36,539 nt of DNA from Candidatus Methylomirabilia bacterium (GCA_041492755.1 JBGPXN010000031.1:1-36539); one strand, 5' to 3'. Positions 1-10,774 are shown, counted from the first letter of the stretch. The notes: generated by a model from the letters alone, not told the origin. Program-made: numbers and translations.

Positions 1-140
1 AGATGGTGATGCCGGGGGACAACGTGACGATGGCGATCGAGCTGATCCAGCCGATCGCGATGGAGAAGGAGCTGCGATTCGCGATTCGGGAGGGTGGGCG
101 GACGGTGGGCGCGGGCGTGGTGACGGAGATCACGGAGTAA
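1..140 (+). CDS. tuf: Elongation factor Tu, 3' end (partial)
   Basis: Frame from nt 3 reads [45 protein letters not shown], the EF-Tu C-terminus; lies directly upstream of rpsJ. Confidence 0.98.
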   Translation, partial: MVMPGDNVTMAIELIQPIAMEKELRFAIREGGRTVGAGVVTEITE

Positions 141-144
141 GAGC

Positions 145-465
145 ATGGTGACCCTGGCCGCCGATCAGAAGATCCGGATTCGCCTCAAGGCCTACGATCA
201 CCGCCTTCTCGATCGATCGGTCAAGGAGATCGTGGAGACGGTACGCCGGACGGGTGCGCGCGTCGCGGGCCCCGTGCTGCTGCCGACCATCATCAACCGC
301 TGGACGGTGTTGCGCTCACCCCACGTCGACAAAACGTCACGGGAACAGTTCGAGATGCGCACGCACAAGCGCCTGCTCGACATCGTCGACCCGACGCCAG
401 CTACGGTGGACTCGTTGATGAAGCTCGATCTCCCCGCCGGTGTGGACGTCGAGATCAAGCTCTGA
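145..465 (+). CDS. rpsJ: 30S ribosomal protein S10 (uS10)
   Basis: [16 protein letters not shown]...[24 protein letters not shown]. Confidence 0.98.
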   Translation: MVTLAADQKIRIRLKAYDHRLLDRSVKEIVETVRRTGARVAGPVLLPTIINRWTVLRSPHVDKTSREQFEMRTHKRLLDIVDPTPATVDSLMKLDLPAGVDVEIKL

Positions 466-469
466 GGCG

Positions 470-616
470 AGCCCATGAAAACGGCCCATCTGCGTCGTTT
501 CGTCGGAGGGGACCTCGGCGGCCCCCTCCGAGTCCTCCCCCAGGAGTGGCGCGGGCAAAGCCCGCGCTCGAACAGAGCCGGCTCGCCGCCTCGCATCTGG
601 ACTGTGCTGATGGACT
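470..616. repeat. REP/MITE-like structured intergenic element
   Basis: Hairpin tcggagggg(503-511)/cccctccga(523-531); perfect hairpin gcgcgggc-aaa-gcccgcgc (549-567); imperfect terminal inverted repeat 470-488 vs 598-616; related hairpin pair at 21757-21820. Confidence 0.55.
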
Positions 617-642
617 TGGCAGGCTGAGGACGAGGACGTCCC

Positions 643-1317
643 ATGGCGCGTAAAGAAGGGTTGATCGGGCGGAAGATGGGGATGACGCAGATCTTTGCGG
701 ATGATGGCAGTCATGTGCCGGTGACTGTGATTCAGGCGGGGCCGTGCACGATCACGGCGGTGCGGTCCAAGGCGAGTCACGGGTACGACGCGCTGCAGAT
801 CGGGTTCGACCCGCAGAAGCGCAACGTCAACAAGCCCCGGGCCGGCTACTTCAAAAAAATCGGCGTCGCGCCGCAGCGCGTGCTCCGCGAGATCCGCCTG
901 GAGAAGACGGAGAAGCTCGAAGGCTACCAGGTCGGGCAGACGCTGACCGTCGAGATGTTCGCGGCCGGCGAGATCGTCGATGTGGTCGGCACGACCAAGG
1001 GCAAGGGTTTCCAGGGCGGGGTGAAGCGGCACGGCTGGTCCGGCGGGGACGAGACCCACGGCTCGATGTTCCACCGCGCGCCCGGCTCGATCGGCGCCTC
1101 GTCGGATCCCTCGCGAGTGTGGCCGGGTCACCACCTGCCCGGGCGGATGGGCAATGACCAGCGGACCGTGCTCAACGTGAGCGTCGCCCGCGTGCTACCC
1201 GAGCAAAACCTCGTGCTCCTCCGCGGCGCGGTGCCCGGTGCCACCGGGAGCCTCGTCATGCTGCGCAAGAGCGTCAAGACGACCAAGGCCCAGCAGACGG
1301 CCGCGGACAAGAAGTGA
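643..1317 (+). CDS. rplC: 50S ribosomal protein L3 (uL3)
   Basis: GLIGRKMGMTQIF, KGKGFQGGVKRH, HGSMFHRAPGSIG, LPGRMG. Confidence 0.98.
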   Translation: MARKEGLIGRKMGMTQIFADDGSHVPVTVIQAGPCTITAVRSKASHGYDALQIGFDPQKRNVNKPRAGYFKKIGVAPQRVLREIRLEKTEKLEGYQVGQTLTVEMFAAGEIVDVVGTTKGKGFQGGVKRHGWSGGDETHGSMFHRAPGSIGASSDPSRVWPGHHLPGRMGNDQRTVLNVSVARVLPEQNLVLLRGAVPGATGSLVMLRKSVKTTKAQQTAADKK

Positions 1318-1940
1318 TGCCGACGGTCCTCCAGGTTCGCGGCGGCAGCGGGACGGTTGAGCTCAGGCCGGACGTCTTCGGCGTCGAGGTCCGGACGCCA
1401 CTGCTTCACCAGGCGGTGGAGCGAGAGCTGGCGGATCGTCGCGTCGGCACCCATGATACCCGCGGGCGCAGCGAGGTCTCCGGTGGCGGCAGGAAGCCGT
1501 GGAAGCAGAAGGGTACCGGACGCGCGCGCCAGGGTTCCATCCGGGCGACCCAGTGGAAGGGTGGCGGCAAACCGTTCGGTCCGACGCCGCGCAGCTACGA
1601 CAAGGACATGCCGCGCGCGATGCGGCGGGAAGCGCTCCGGGCGGCACTCGCGGCAAAGGTGGGCGCCAACGAGCTGAGCGTGGTGGAAACGCTGGCGGCA
1701 CCCGCCGACGGCAAGACCAAGACGCTCGTCACCGCGCTCGGTGGCCTTGGCGTCAAGCCGGCGCCGACGCTGCTCGTGGTCGCCCAAGGCTCACCGGTGC
1801 TGCTCCGCGCCGCGCGTAACGTGCCGTGGCTCACGGTGGAGACGCCGTCGCACGTCTCCGTGTACCAGTTGATGCGCGCCAGCCAGGTCGTCGTGGAGCG
1901 CGCGGGGCTGCAGGCGCTGGAGGAGGCGCTGGCGCCATGA
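1314..1940 (+). CDS. rplD: 50S ribosomal protein L4 (uL4); start may be ATG 1317
   Basis: RSEVSGGGRKPWKQKGTGRARQGSIRA...GGG..FGPTPRSY. Confidence 0.97.
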   Translation: MMPTVLQVRGGSGTVELRPDVFGVEVRTPLLHQAVERELADRRVGTHDTRGRSEVSGGGRKPWKQKGTGRARQGSIRATQWKGGGKPFGPTPRSYDKDMPRAMRREALRAALAAKVGANELSVVETLAAPADGKTKTLVTALGGLGVKPAPTLLVVAQGSPVLLRAARNVPWLTVETPSHVSVYQLMRASQVVVERAGLQALEEALAP

Positions 1941-2227
1941 GCGATCCGCGCGAGATTCTGCTGAAGCCGATCATGACCGAGAAGAGCATGCGGCAGAAGG
2001 AAGAGCTGAACACCGTCACCTTCCGCGTCCGCCCCGACGCCAACAAGGTCGAGATCCGCTCGGCGGTGGAGAGCGTGTTCAACGTCAAGGTCTCGGCGGT
2101 GCGGACGGCGTCCTTCGAAGGGAAGCTCAAACGCATGGGACGGCACCAGGGCCGGCGGGCGGACTGGAAGAAGGCCATGGTGACCCTCGCGCCCGGACAC
2201 AAGATCGATCTCGTGGAGGGCGCCTAG
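1937..2227 (+). CDS. rplW: 50S ribosomal protein L23 (uL23)
   Basis: ATG 1937 overlaps the rplD stop (ATGA); PIMTEKS, ANKVEIRSAVESVFNVKV, WKKAMVTL. Confidence 0.97.
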   Translation: MSDPREILLKPIMTEKSMRQKEELNTVTFRVRPDANKVEIRSAVESVFNVKVSAVRTASFEGKLKRMGRHQGRRADWKKAMVTLAPGHKIDLVEGA

Positions 2228-2230
2228 GCC

Positions 2231-3058
2231 ATGCCGATCCGAACCGTCAAACCGACGTCACCGGCGCGCCGCTATCTGACCTACGTCACCTACGACGAGA
2301 TCACGAAGACGGAGCCAGAGAAGCGGCTGCTCCTGCCGAAGACGCGCATGAGCGGCCGGAACTCCGGCGGCCGCATCACCGTGCGGCACCGCGGGGGCGG
2401 AGCCAAGCGGATGCTGCGGCAGGTCGATTTCCGCCGCGAGAAGTACGGCATCCCGGCCCGGGTGGCCGCCATCGAGTACGATCCCAACCGCTCGGCCCGG
2501 CTGGCGCTGCTGTTCTACCGCGACGGTGAGAAGCGGTACATCATCGCGCCGGTCGGGTTGAAGGTGAACGACACCGTGATGTCCGGACCGCAGGCCGACA
2601 TCCTGCCCGGCAACGCCCTGCCGCTGCGCAACATCCCGACGGGCACGCTCGTCCACAACCTCGAGCTCCAGCCCGGCCGCGGTGCGCAGCTCTGCCGGAG
2701 CGCGGGAGCGCAGGCGCAGCTTCTCGCCAAGGAAGGCGAGCGGGCCACGCTCAAGATGCCGTCCGGCGAGGTTCGCATGATCCCGATCGAGTGCATGGCC
2801 ACGGTGGGCCAAGTCGGCAACCTCGATCACGAGAACGTCTCGCTCGGCAAGGCCGGACGGGTGCGCTGGCGCGGGTTCCGCCCGACCGTCCGCGGCACCG
2901 TCATGAACCCGGTGGACCATCCGATGGGGGGCGGCGAGGGCAAGGGCAAGGGCAACCACCCGATGACGCCGTGGGGCAAGCCGACCAAGGGCTACAAGAC
3001 CCGGCGCGGCGCGCGGCCCTCCGATCGCAACATCGTGACCCGCCGCAAGAAGAGGTAG
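2231..3058 (+). CDS. rplB: 50S ribosomal protein L2 (uL2)
   Basis: [45 protein letters not shown]. Confidence 0.99.
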   Translation: MPIRTVKPTSPARRYLTYVTYDEITKTEPEKRLLLPKTRMSGRNSGGRITVRHRGGGAKRMLRQVDFRREKYGIPARVAAIEYDPNRSARLALLFYRDGEKRYIIAPVGLKVNDTVMSGPQADILPGNALPLRNIPTGTLVHNLELQPGRGAQLCRSAGAQAQLLAKEGERATLKMPSGEVRMIPIECMATVGQVGNLDHENVSLGKAGRVRWRGFRPTVRGTVMNPVDHPMGGGEGKGKGNHPMTPWGKPTKGYKTRRGARPSDRNIVTRRKKR

Positions 3059-3065
3059 GACGGAC

Positions 3066-3359
3066 ATGGGACGCTCGCTGAAGAAAGGTCCGTTCATCGA
3101 CGAGAAGCTCCTCGAGCGCGTCGACGAGTTGAACCGCACCCGGCAGAAGAAGGTGCTCAAGACGTGGTCGCGCCGCAGCATCATCGCGCCCGAGTTCGTC
3201 GGCCACACGTTCGCCGTGCACAACGGGAAGAAGTTCATCCCGGTGTACGTCACCGAGAACATGGTGGGACACCGGCTCGGCGAATTCGCCCTCACCCGGC
3301 AGTTCAGGGCGCACGGCACCTCCGAGAAGGCCTCCGCCTCGCCCACGGGGAAGTCGTAG
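3066..3359 (+). CDS. rpsS: 30S ribosomal protein S19 (uS19)
   Basis: [32 protein letters not shown]. Confidence 0.98.
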   Translation: MGRSLKKGPFIDEKLLERVDELNRTRQKKVLKTWSRRSIIAPEFVGHTFAVHNGKKFIPVYVTENMVGHRLGEFALTRQFRAHGTSEKASASPTGKS

Positions 3360-3363
3360 CGTC

Positions 3364-3789
3364 ATGCGTACGACGGCCAAGGCCCGGTTCATCCGCGTGT
3401 CCGCCCGCAAGGCGCGGCTGGTCCTCGACCAGATCCGCGGCAAGCCGGTGGGTGACGCGCTGGCCACCCTGCAGTACACGCCCCGCGCGGCCGCCCGGCT
3501 CATCGAAAAGGTGCTGCGCTCGGCCGTGGCCAACGCCGAGCACAACCATCAAGTTCGCAACCTCGATACGCTCCGGGTGGTGACGGCGTTCGCCGACGGT
3601 GGGCCCTCGCTCAAGCGCGTGCAGCCGCGCGCGATGGGGCGGGCATTCTTCATCAAGCACCGCACGAGCCACCTGATCATCGGCGTCAGCGACGAAGTCA
3701 ACGGCTCCGCCCGCCTGGGCGCGTCGGCGCCGCCGGCCCGGCGCACCCGCGGCGGCGACAACCCCCAGGGAAAGAAGGGGAACGGCTAG
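3364..3789 (+). CDS. rplV: 50S ribosomal protein L22 (uL22) with C-terminal extension
   Basis: RVSARKARLVLDQIRGK, SAVANAEHN, PRAMGRA...KHRTSHL. Confidence 0.97.
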   Translation: MRTTAKARFIRVSARKARLVLDQIRGKPVGDALATLQYTPRAAARLIEKVLRSAVANAEHNHQVRNLDTLRVVTAFADGGPSLKRVQPRAMGRAFFIKHRTSHLIIGVSDEVNGSARLGASAPPARRTRGGDNPQGKKGNG

Positions 3790-4434
3790 ATGGGCCAGAA
3801 GACGCATCCGATCGGCTTCCGCCTCGGCTCCACGCGTACGTGGAGCTCGCGGTGGTTCGCCACCAAGAGCTACGCGAGCCTGCTCCTCGAGGACGTGAAG
3901 ATCCGGCGCTACATCAAGGACCAGCTCTACCACGCCGGCATCTCGCGCATCGACATCGAGCGCTCGGCGAACCGCGCCCGCATCACGGTCGCCACGGCCC
4001 GGCCGGGCATCATCATCGGCCGCAAGGGTGCCGAAGTGGAGCGGCTCAAGAACGAGCTGCAGCAGCGCACGGCCAAGGAGATCTACCTCAACATCGAGGA
4101 GGTCATCCACCCCGAGCTGGACGCGCAGCTGGTGGCCGAGAATGTTGCCCTGCAGCTCCAGAAGCGCGTGGCCTTCCGGCGCGCCATGAAGAAGGCGGTC
4201 ACCTCCGCGCTGCGGCTCGGCGCCGACGGCATCCGCATCGCCTGCTCGGGCCGGCTCGGCGGCGGTGAGATCGCGCGGCGGGAGTGGTATCGCGACGGCC
4301 GGGTTCCGCTGCACACGATCCGCGCCGACATCGACTTCGGTCAGGCCACCGCCCACACGACGTACGGGACGATCGGCGTGAAGGTGTGGGTCTTCAAGGG
4401 CGAAGTGCTCGCGAAGGCGCCCGGGGAAGCCTGA
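3790..4434 (+). CDS. rpsC: 30S ribosomal protein S3 (uS3)
   Basis: [37 protein letters not shown]. Confidence 0.99.
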   Translation: MGQKTHPIGFRLGSTRTWSSRWFATKSYASLLLEDVKIRRYIKDQLYHAGISRIDIERSANRARITVATARPGIIIGRKGAEVERLKNELQQRTAKEIYLNIEEVIHPELDAQLVAENVALQLQKRVAFRRAMKKAVTSALRLGADGIRIACSGRLGGGEIARREWYRDGRVPLHTIRADIDFGQATAHTTYGTIGVKVWVFKGEVLAKAPGEA

Positions 4435-4447
4435 GGATCACTGACCC

Positions 4448-4864
4448 ATGCTGATGCCCAAGCGCGTGAAGTACCGGAAGGCCCAGCGCGGCCGGATGAA
4501 GGGCAAGGCCCAGCGCGGATCCTCGCTCGCCTTCGGGGACTACGGGCTGAAGGTGCTCGAGCCGGGCTGGATCACCAACCGCCAGATCGAGGCGGCGCGG
4601 GTGGCACTCACCCGGAGCCTCAAGCGTGGCGGCAAGGTCTGGATTCGCATCTTTCCGGACAAGCCGGTGACCAAGAAGCCCGCGGAGACGCGGATGGGCA
4701 AGGGCAAGGGCAATCCGGAGGAGTGGGTGGCGGTCGTGAAGCCGGGCCGGATCCTCTACGAAATGGAGGGCGTGCCGGTGGAAGACGCCCGCGAGGCTTT
4801 CCGCACCGCCGCGCAGAAGATCGGCCTCACCACCAAGTTCGTGACGCGGGAACGGGCGCTCTGA
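4448..4864 (+). CDS. rplP: 50S ribosomal protein L16 (uL16)
   Basis: [31 protein letters not shown]. Confidence 0.99.
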   Translation: MLMPKRVKYRKAQRGRMKGKAQRGSSLAFGDYGLKVLEPGWITNRQIEAARVALTRSLKRGGKVWIRIFPDKPVTKKPAETRMGKGKGNPEEWVAVVKPGRILYEMEGVPVEDAREAFRTAAQKIGLTTKFVTRERAL

Positions 4865-4877
4865 GGATGACGGGACG

Positions 4878-5114
4878 ATGAAAGCGGCGAAGTGGCGGGA
4901 CCTGTCCGAGGACGAAATCAAACAGAAGATGCGGGAGCTGACCGAGGAGGTCTTCAACCTTCGCTTTCAGCTCTCCATGGGGGTGGCGAAGAACCCCTCG
5001 CGCATCCGCCAGGCCCGGCGCGACCTCGCGCGCGCCCAGACCGTGCTCCGTGAGGGAACGGGCGCGTCGCCGGCCACGGCGGCGACGGCGCCGGCCCCGC
5101 GCGGAAGGAGATAG
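4878..5114 (+). CDS. rpmC: 50S ribosomal protein L29 (uL29)
   Basis: EVFNLRFQ...NPSRIRQARRDLARAQTVLRE; expected operon position. Confidence 0.96.
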   Translation: MKAAKWRDLSEDEIKQKMRELTEEVFNLRFQLSMGVAKNPSRIRQARRDLARAQTVLREGTGASPATAATAPAPRGRR

Positions 5115-5117
5115 GCG

Positions 5118-5381
5118 ATGCCGATCGGTGATCGGAGGACGCGCGAGGCGGTCGTGGTGAGCGACAAGATGCAGAAGACGCGAGTGGTGCGAATCGAGCG
5201 GGTGTATCGCCACCCGCGCTACCAGCGCGTGGTGCGATCCGCGAAGACGCTCAAGGCGCACGACGAGGCCAACGAGAGCCGCGTGGGCGATCGCGTGCTG
5301 ATCGAGGAAACCCGGCCGCTGTCCAGGGACAAGCGCTGGCGCATCCGCCAGATCATGAGCCGCGCCGCGCTGACGTCATGA
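5118..5381 (+). CDS. rpsQ: 30S ribosomal protein S17 (uS17)
   Basis: [22 protein letters not shown]...[18 protein letters not shown]. Confidence 0.97.
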   Translation: MPIGDRRTREAVVVSDKMQKTRVVRIERVYRHPRYQRVVRSAKTLKAHDEANESRVGDRVLIEETRPLSRDKRWRIRQIMSRAALTS

Positions 5382-5746
5382 TCCAGCCGCGCTCGATGCT
5401 CGAAGTCGCCGACAACTCCGGAGCCAAGCGGGTGCAGTGCATCCGCGTGATGGGCGGCGCCAACAAGCGCTACGCCTCTCTCGGTGACACCGTGATCGTC
5501 GCCGTGAAGGAAGCGGCGCCCGACGGTACCGTCAAGAAGGGCGAGGTGGCCCGCGCGGTGGTGGTCCGGACCGTCAAGGAGGTCCGCCGCAAGGACGGCT
5601 CCTACATCCGGTTCGACCGCAACGCGGTGGTGCTGATCAAGCCCGACGAGAACCCGGTGGGAACCCGCATCTTCGGGCCAGTGGCCCGAGAGCTACGCGA
5701 GCGCCAGTTCACGAAGATCATTTCGCTCGCGCCCGAGGTGATCTGA
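5378..5746 (+). CDS. rplN: 50S ribosomal protein L14 (uL14)
   Basis: [42 protein letters not shown]. Confidence 0.99.
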   Translation: MIQPRSMLEVADNSGAKRVQCIRVMGGANKRYASLGDTVIVAVKEAAPDGTVKKGEVARAVVVRTVKEVRRKDGSYIRFDRNAVVLIKPDENPVGTRIFGPVARELRERQFTKIISLAPEVI

Positions 5747-6072
5747 TGCAGGCCGTACACGTCCGTCGGGGCGACACCGTCGCCGTCATCGCGGGCCGGG
5801 ACCGGGGCAAGCGTGGCAAGGTCCTCCGCGTCCTTCCCGACCGGGGACGGGTGGTGGTCGAAAAGATCAATCTCATGAAGAAGCACCAGCGTCCGACCCA
5901 GAAGCTGCGGCAGGGCGGGATCATCGAGCGCGAGGGCGCGCTCGCGCTGTCCAACGTGCTCGTGGTGTGCGGCCGCTGCGACCGTCCCGTGCGCACGGGG
6001 ACGCGCATCCTCGCCGACGGCCGCAAGACCCGCGTCTGTCGCCGCTGCGGCGAGTCGATCGAGAAGGGCTAG
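5746..6072 (+). CDS. rplX: 50S ribosomal protein L24 (uL24), with two CxxC pairs
   Basis: GDTVAVIAGRDRGKRGKV (KOW motif), GGIIEREG, CGRC...CRRC. Confidence 0.97.
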   Translation: MQAVHVRRGDTVAVIAGRDRGKRGKVLRVLPDRGRVVVEKINLMKKHQRPTQKLRQGGIIEREGALALSNVLVVCGRCDRPVRTGTRILADGRKTRVCRRCGESIEKG

Positions 6073-6075
6073 CGT

Positions 6076-6753
6076 ATGGCCAAGGCAGGCACTCCCGCTC
6101 CGACCAAGAACCCGGCGCCCAGGCCGGCCGCCGCCAAGGCGAAGCCGAAGAAGGGCGACGGCGCCGTCGCCGCGCCCGTCGCCAAGACGCGGCCGAAGGG
6201 CACCGGCGACGTCAAGCCGCGGCTCCGGGACGTTTTCCGCTCCACCGTCATCCCGGGGTTGATGAAGGACCGCGGCTACACGAACCCCTTCCAGGTCCCG
6301 CGGCTGGAGAAGATCGTCATCAACATGGGCGTGGGCGAGGGACGCGAGAACGCGAAGATCATGGACTTCGCCACCGCCGATCTCGGGGCCATCGCCGGCC
6401 AGAAGCCCGTGGTGACCCGGGCCAAGAAGTCCATCGCGAACTTCAAGCTCCGCGAGGGCGTGCCCATCGGGGCCAAGGTCACCCTCCGCGGCGCCCGCAT
6501 GTACGAGTTCCTGGACCGTCTCGTCAACATCGCCCTGCCCCGCGTGCGCGACTTCAAGGGCGTGCCGCCCAAGGGCTTCGACGGGCGCGGCAACTACGCG
6601 CTCGGGCTCCGCGAGCAACTGATCTTCCCGGAGATCGTCTACGACAAGGTCGACAAGGTGCGGGGCATGGACGTCATCATCGTGACCACGGCGCGCACGG
6701 ACGAAGAGGCCCGCGCTCTTCTCGCGCAGCTGGGCATGCCCTTCAGGGAGTAG
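6076..6753 (+). CDS. rplE: 50S ribosomal protein L5 (uL5) with ~47-aa N-terminal extension
   Basis: [40 protein letters not shown]. Confidence 0.98.
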   Translation: MAKAGTPAPTKNPAPRPAAAKAKPKKGDGAVAAPVAKTRPKGTGDVKPRLRDVFRSTVIPGLMKDRGYTNPFQVPRLEKIVINMGVGEGRENAKIMDFATADLGAIAGQKPVVTRAKKSIANFKLREGVPIGAKVTLRGARMYEFLDRLVNIALPRVRDFKGVPPKGFDGRGNYALGLREQLIFPEIVYDKVDKVRGMDVIIVTTARTDEEARALLAQLGMPFRE

Positions 6754-6759
6754 CCGCGT

Positions 6760-6945
6760 ATGGCCAAGACTGCCCTCATCATGAAGTCCCAGCGGCCCGC
6801 GAAGTTCAGCACGCGGACCTACACCCGCTGCAAGCTGTGCGGCCGGCCGCGGGGATACCTGCGCAAGTTCGGGTTGTGCCGGCTCTGCTTCCGTGAGCTC
6901 GCCCTCAGGGGCGAGGTCCCGGGCGTGGTCAAGGCGAGCTGGTGA
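6760..6945 (+). CDS. rpsN: 30S ribosomal protein S14, zinc-binding (type Z) form
   Basis: 61 aa; [10 protein letters not shown]...[11 protein letters not shown]...PGVVKASW. Confidence 0.97.
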   Translation: MAKTALIMKSQRPAKFSTRTYTRCKLCGRPRGYLRKFGLCRLCFRELALRGEVPGVVKASW

Positions 6946-6952
6946 GCCGCTG

Positions 6953-7348
6953 ATGCGAAGCGACCCGATCGCCGACCTCCTGACCCGCATCCGCAACGCC
7001 AGCCGCGCCGAGCACGAGAAGGTGGACATCCCGTCGTCGAAGCTCAAGATCCGAGTAGCGGAGCTGCTGAAGGACGAGGGCTTCATCAAGAACTACCGCG
7101 TGCTCGAGGACACCAAGCAGGGCACGTTGCGCGTGTATCTGAAATACGGTGCCGGAAACGAAAAGATGATCTCCGGGCTCGTCCGCGTGTCCACGCCGGG
7201 CCGCCGGATCTACGTCGCCCACGACAAGGTCCCCAGCATCCTGGGCGGGATGGGCGTGGCCATCGTCTCCACCTCGCGGGGCGTGCTGAGCGATCGCGAT
7301 GCGCGGAAGCAGAAGATCGGTGGCGAAGTCATGGCCTACGTGTGGTAG
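6953..7348 (+). CDS. rpsH: 30S ribosomal protein S8 (uS8)
   Basis: ATG 6953; DPIADLLTRIRNA, VSTPGRRIY, IVSTSRGV, GGEVMAYVW. Confidence 0.98.
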   Translation: MRSDPIADLLTRIRNASRAEHEKVDIPSSKLKIRVAELLKDEGFIKNYRVLEDTKQGTLRVYLKYGAGNEKMISGLVRVSTPGRRIYVAHDKVPSILGGMGVAIVSTSRGVLSDRDARKQKIGGEVMAYVW

Positions 7349-7360
7349 AGGACGACGACG

Positions 7361-7903
7361 ATGTCACGAATCGGCAGGAAACCCATCGCCATCCCACCCG
7401 GCGTCAAGATCTACGTCGACGGGCAGCTGGTGCGCGCGGAAGGGCCCAAGGGCAAGCTCGCGCAAACCGTCCCGTCCCGTCTCGCCGCCGTGATGGCCGA
7501 CGGCCACCTCGTCATCACCCGCGAGGGCGATGATCGTACCGCGCGCGCCCTGCATGGCCTCACGCGCGCGCTGGTCGCCAACATGGTCACCGGGGTCAAG
7601 GACGGCTTCGAGCGGAAGCTCGAGATCGTCGGTATCGGCTATCGGGCGCAAATGACGGGCAAGAACATCCAGCTCGCGCTCGGGTATTCACACCCGATCA
7701 TCTTCCCGCTTCCGGAAGGCATCACCGCGGAGGTCGACCGGCAGGTGGCGATCACCCTGCGCGGGGCCGACAAGGGCTTGCTCGGGGAGACGGCGGCCAA
7801 GCTGCGCGCGCTCCGCAAGCCCGACCCGTACAAGGGCAAAGGTATCCGCTACGCCGGCGAGTACGTCCGCAAGAAGGTCGGCAAGAAGGCGGGCGCGAAA
7901 TGA
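7361..7903 (+). CDS. rplF: 50S ribosomal protein L6 (uL6)
   Basis: [28 protein letters not shown]. Confidence 0.99.
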   Translation: MSRIGRKPIAIPPGVKIYVDGQLVRAEGPKGKLAQTVPSRLAAVMADGHLVITREGDDRTARALHGLTRALVANMVTGVKDGFERKLEIVGIGYRAQMTGKNIQLALGYSHPIIFPLPEGITAEVDRQVAITLRGADKGLLGETAAKLRALRKPDPYKGKGIRYAGEYVRKKVGKKAGAK

Positions 7904-8265
7904 TCATCAAGGACCGGCGCGGCCCGCGCGACGTCCGGCATCAGCGGCTCCGCCGGCGCCTCCGGGGCTCGGCGGAGCGCCCACGGCTGGCCGTGTTCCG
8001 GAGCCTCAACCACATCTACGCCCAGCTCCTGGACGACGATGCCGGCCAAACCGTGGCCGCCGCCGACAGCCGCAGCGCGGAGTTCCGCTCGCAGCATCGG
8101 AGTGGTGGCAACGTGGCGGCGGCGAAGGCGGTGGGCGAGCTGCTGGCCCAGCGCGCGAAGGAGCGCGGCGTGCAGAGCATCGTCTTCGATCGTGGCGGCT
8201 ACAAGTATCACGGCCGGGTCAAAGCATTGGCAGAAGCGGCGCGCGCCGGCGGCCTCGTCTTCTAG
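7900..8265 (+). CDS. rplR: 50S ribosomal protein L18 (uL18)
   Basis: [41 protein letters not shown]. Confidence 0.98.
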   Translation: MIIKDRRGPRDVRHQRLRRRLRGSAERPRLAVFRSLNHIYAQLLDDDAGQTVAAADSRSAEFRSQHRSGGNVAAAKAVGELLAQRAKERGVQSIVFDRGGYKYHGRVKALAEAARAGGLVF

Positions 8266-8275
8266 GAGACACTGA

Positions 8276-8818
8276 GTGGCGGACACGAAGATCGATCACA
8301 GCGTGCTCGAGCTGAACGACCGGGTGGTGTCCATCAACCGGGTGGCGAAGGTCGTCAAGGGCGGCCGGCGCTTCTCCTTCACCGCTCTGGTCGTGGTCGG
8401 CGACGGGCGAGGTCACGTCGGCGTGGGGCTCGGCAAGGCGCACGAGGTGCCGGAGGCCATCCGCAAGGCCGTCGAGCACGCGAAGAAGGACCTGATCTTC
8501 GTGCCGCTCCGGGATACGACGATTCCCTGCGAGATCACCGGGCACTTCGGTGCGGGCCGGGTGTTCCTCAAGCCGGCGGTTCCCGGTACGGGTGTCATCG
8601 CGGGCGGCGCCGTCCGTCCCATCCTCGAGGCGGTGGGCGTGCAGGACATCCTCACCAAGACGCTGGGCTCCAACAATCCGCACAACGTGCTCAAGGCGAC
8701 CATGGACGCTCTGCGCCGGATCAAGCGACTCCAAGATTTGTACGCCGTGCGCAAGCGGGGCGTTGAGAGCCCCAATGGGCAGCAGGAGGAGGCGGCGGGT
8801 GCCCGGCCAGAGGCTTAG
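8276..8818 (+). CDS. rpsE: 30S ribosomal protein S5 (uS5)
   Basis: [40 protein letters not shown]. Confidence 0.98.
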   Translation: MADTKIDHSVLELNDRVVSINRVAKVVKGGRRFSFTALVVVGDGRGHVGVGLGKAHEVPEAIRKAVEHAKKDLIFVPLRDTTIPCEITGHFGAGRVFLKPAVPGTGVIAGGAVRPILEAVGVQDILTKTLGSNNPHNVLKATMDALRRIKRLQDLYAVRKRGVESPNGQQEEAAGARPEA

Positions 8819-8987
8819 GATCACGCTGACCAAGAGCATCATCGGCTTGAGCCCGAGGCAGGAAGCCACCGTCAAGGCGCTCGGACTGCGGCGCATGCAC
8901 CAGACCGTCGAGCACGACGACACCGAGACCATTCGAGGCATGATATTCAAGGTGACGCACGTGCTGCGAGTGAGCCATGCGGCTTGA
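8799..8987 (+). CDS. rpmD: 50S ribosomal protein L30 (uL30)
   Basis: GTG 8799 follows AGGAGGAGG (8784-8792); [11 protein letters not shown]...[16 protein letters not shown]...[12 protein letters not shown]; overlaps the end of rpsE. Confidence 0.93.
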   Translation: MPGQRLRITLTKSIIGLSPRQEATVKALGLRRMHQTVEHDDTETIRGMIFKVTHVLRVSHAA

Positions 8988-9444
8988 GGATCTGCGCCCG
9001 GCGCCGGGCGCCAAGAAGAAGCGCAAGCGGATCGGCCGCGGGCCCGGCTCAGGTCACGGCAAGACTGCCACCCGGGGGAACAAGGGCGCCGGCGCGCGTT
9101 CCGGCACCCGTAAGGCCGGCGGCTTCGAGGGTGGGCAGATGCCGCTCTACCGGCGGCTGCCCAAACGCGGGTTCACGCCCCACGGCGGGAAGACGGAGTA
9201 CGCGATCGTGAATCTGAAGTCGCTGGGCGCCTTCGCGGCCCAGAGCGTGGTCGATCCCGACGCGCTTACCGAGCGCCGGCTCATCAAGCGGTCCGGCCGT
9301 GATCGGGTGAAGATTCTCGGCACGGGCGAGGTCCCGCACGCGCTCACCGTGAAGGTCCACGCCATCAGCGAATCGGCCCGGGCCAAGATCGAGGCCAAAG
9401 GCGGCCGCGTCGAGCTCCTCGGCGGCCAGGCGCCCACCGCGTGA
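8977..9444 (+). CDS. rplO: 50S ribosomal protein L15 (uL15)
   Basis: RIGRGPGSGHGKTATRG, FEGGQMPLYRRLPKRGF. Confidence 0.98.
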   Translation: MRLEDLRPAPGAKKKRKRIGRGPGSGHGKTATRGNKGAGARSGTRKAGGFEGGQMPLYRRLPKRGFTPHGGKTEYAIVNLKSLGAFAAQSVVDPDALTERRLIKRSGRDRVKILGTGEVPHALTVKVHAISESARAKIEAKGGRVELLGGQAPTA

Positions 9445-10772
9445 TCGAGAGTCTGCAGAGCTTCCAGAACATCTTCCGGGTGCCGGAGCTGAAGCGCCGT
9501 GTTCTGATCACGGCCGGACTGCTCATCGCGTACCGGGTCGGCGCCCACGTCCCTACCCCGGGTATCGACGGGCACGCCCTCTCCCAGTTCTTCGACCAGG
9601 TGCAGGGGACCCTCCTCGGGATGGTCGACTTGTTCTCGGGGGGCAACCTCCGCCGGCTGTCGATCTTCGCGCTCGGCATCATGCCGTACATCTCGGCATC
9701 GATCATCTTGCAATTGCTCACCGTCGTTATTCCCACGCTGGAGCGGCTGGCCAAGGAAGGCGAGGCCGGGCGCAAGAAGATCACGCAGTACACCCGCTAC
9801 GGGACCATGGTCCTGTCGGTGGTGCAGTCTCTCGGTATCGCGATCGGTCTCGAGGGGATGCGGAGCCCGACCGGCGTCTCCATCGTCCCCAACCCCGGGT
9901 GGGGCTTCCGGCTCCTCGTCATGCTCACGCTCACCGCGGGCACCGCGCTGATCATGTGGATGGGCGAGCAGATCTCGGAGAAGGGGATCGGCAACGGGAT
10001 CTCGCTGATCATCATGGCGGGCATCGTCGTCCGCTTGCCCTCGGCCGTGAGCGCGTCCTATACGCTGATGACCACCGGCGAGCTGAAGCTGTTCGTGTTC
10101 CTCGCCATCGTGGCGCTCATGCTGGCGGTGACGGCCGCGGTCGTGCTCATGCAGGAGGGGCAACGCAAGATCCCCGTGCAGTACGCGCGGCGGGTCGTCG
10201 GCCGGCGCGTGTACGGCGGGCAGTCCACGCACATCCCGCTCCGCATCAATACCGCGGGCGTGATCCCCGTGATCTTCGCGTCGTCCCTCATCCTGTTCCC
10301 GGCCACGCTGACCCGCTTCGTACCCCACCCGTGGATGCAGGCCATCGCCGATGCGCTGTCCCCCGGGCGCTTCAGCTACACGGTCCTCTACATGGGCCTC
10401 ATCGTCTTCTTCGCCTACTTCTACACGGCCATCGTCTTCAACCCGGTGGATCTCGCCGACAACATGAAGAAGTACGGCGGCTTCATCCCCGGCGTCCGGC
10501 CCGGCAAGAAGACGGCCGAGTACATCGATCGGACGCTGACCCGGATCACGTTGCCGGGGGCACTGTTCCTGGCGCTGATCTCGGTGCTGCCCGACTTCCT
10601 GATCCGCTGGTTCAACGTGCCGTTCTACTTCGGCGGGACCAGCCTGCTCATCGTGGTCGGGGTGGCGCTGGACACGGTGCGCCAGATGGAATCCCACCTG
10701 CTCATGCGGAACTACGAGGGATTCCTCAAGAAGTCGCGCAGCCGGCCCGGCAGCTTCGCGCGCCGGGGTTGA
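9441..10772 (+). CDS. secY: Preprotein translocase subunit SecY
   Basis: SIFALGIMPYISASII, GIGNGISLII, AGVIPVIFASS, FGGTSLLIVVGVALDT. Confidence 0.99.
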   Translation: MIESLQSFQNIFRVPELKRRVLITAGLLIAYRVGAHVPTPGIDGHALSQFFDQVQGTLLGMVDLFSGGNLRRLSIFALGIMPYISASIILQLLTVVIPTLERLAKEGEAGRKKITQYTRYGTMVLSVVQSLGIAIGLEGMRSPTGVSIVPNPGWGFRLLVMLTLTAGTALIMWMGEQISEKGIGNGISLIIMAGIVVRLPSAVSASYTLMTTGELKLFVFLAIVALMLAVTAAVVLMQEGQRKIPVQYARRVVGRRVYGGQSTHIPLRINTAGVIPVIFASSLILFPATLTRFVPHPWMQAIADALSPGRFSYTVLYMGLIVFFAYFYTAIVFNPVDLADNMKKYGGFIPGVRPGKKTAEYIDRTLTRITLPGALFLALISVLPDFLIRWFNVPFYFGGTSLLIVVGVALDTVRQMESHLLMRNYEGFLKKSRSRPGSFARRG

Positions 10773-10774
10773 GC

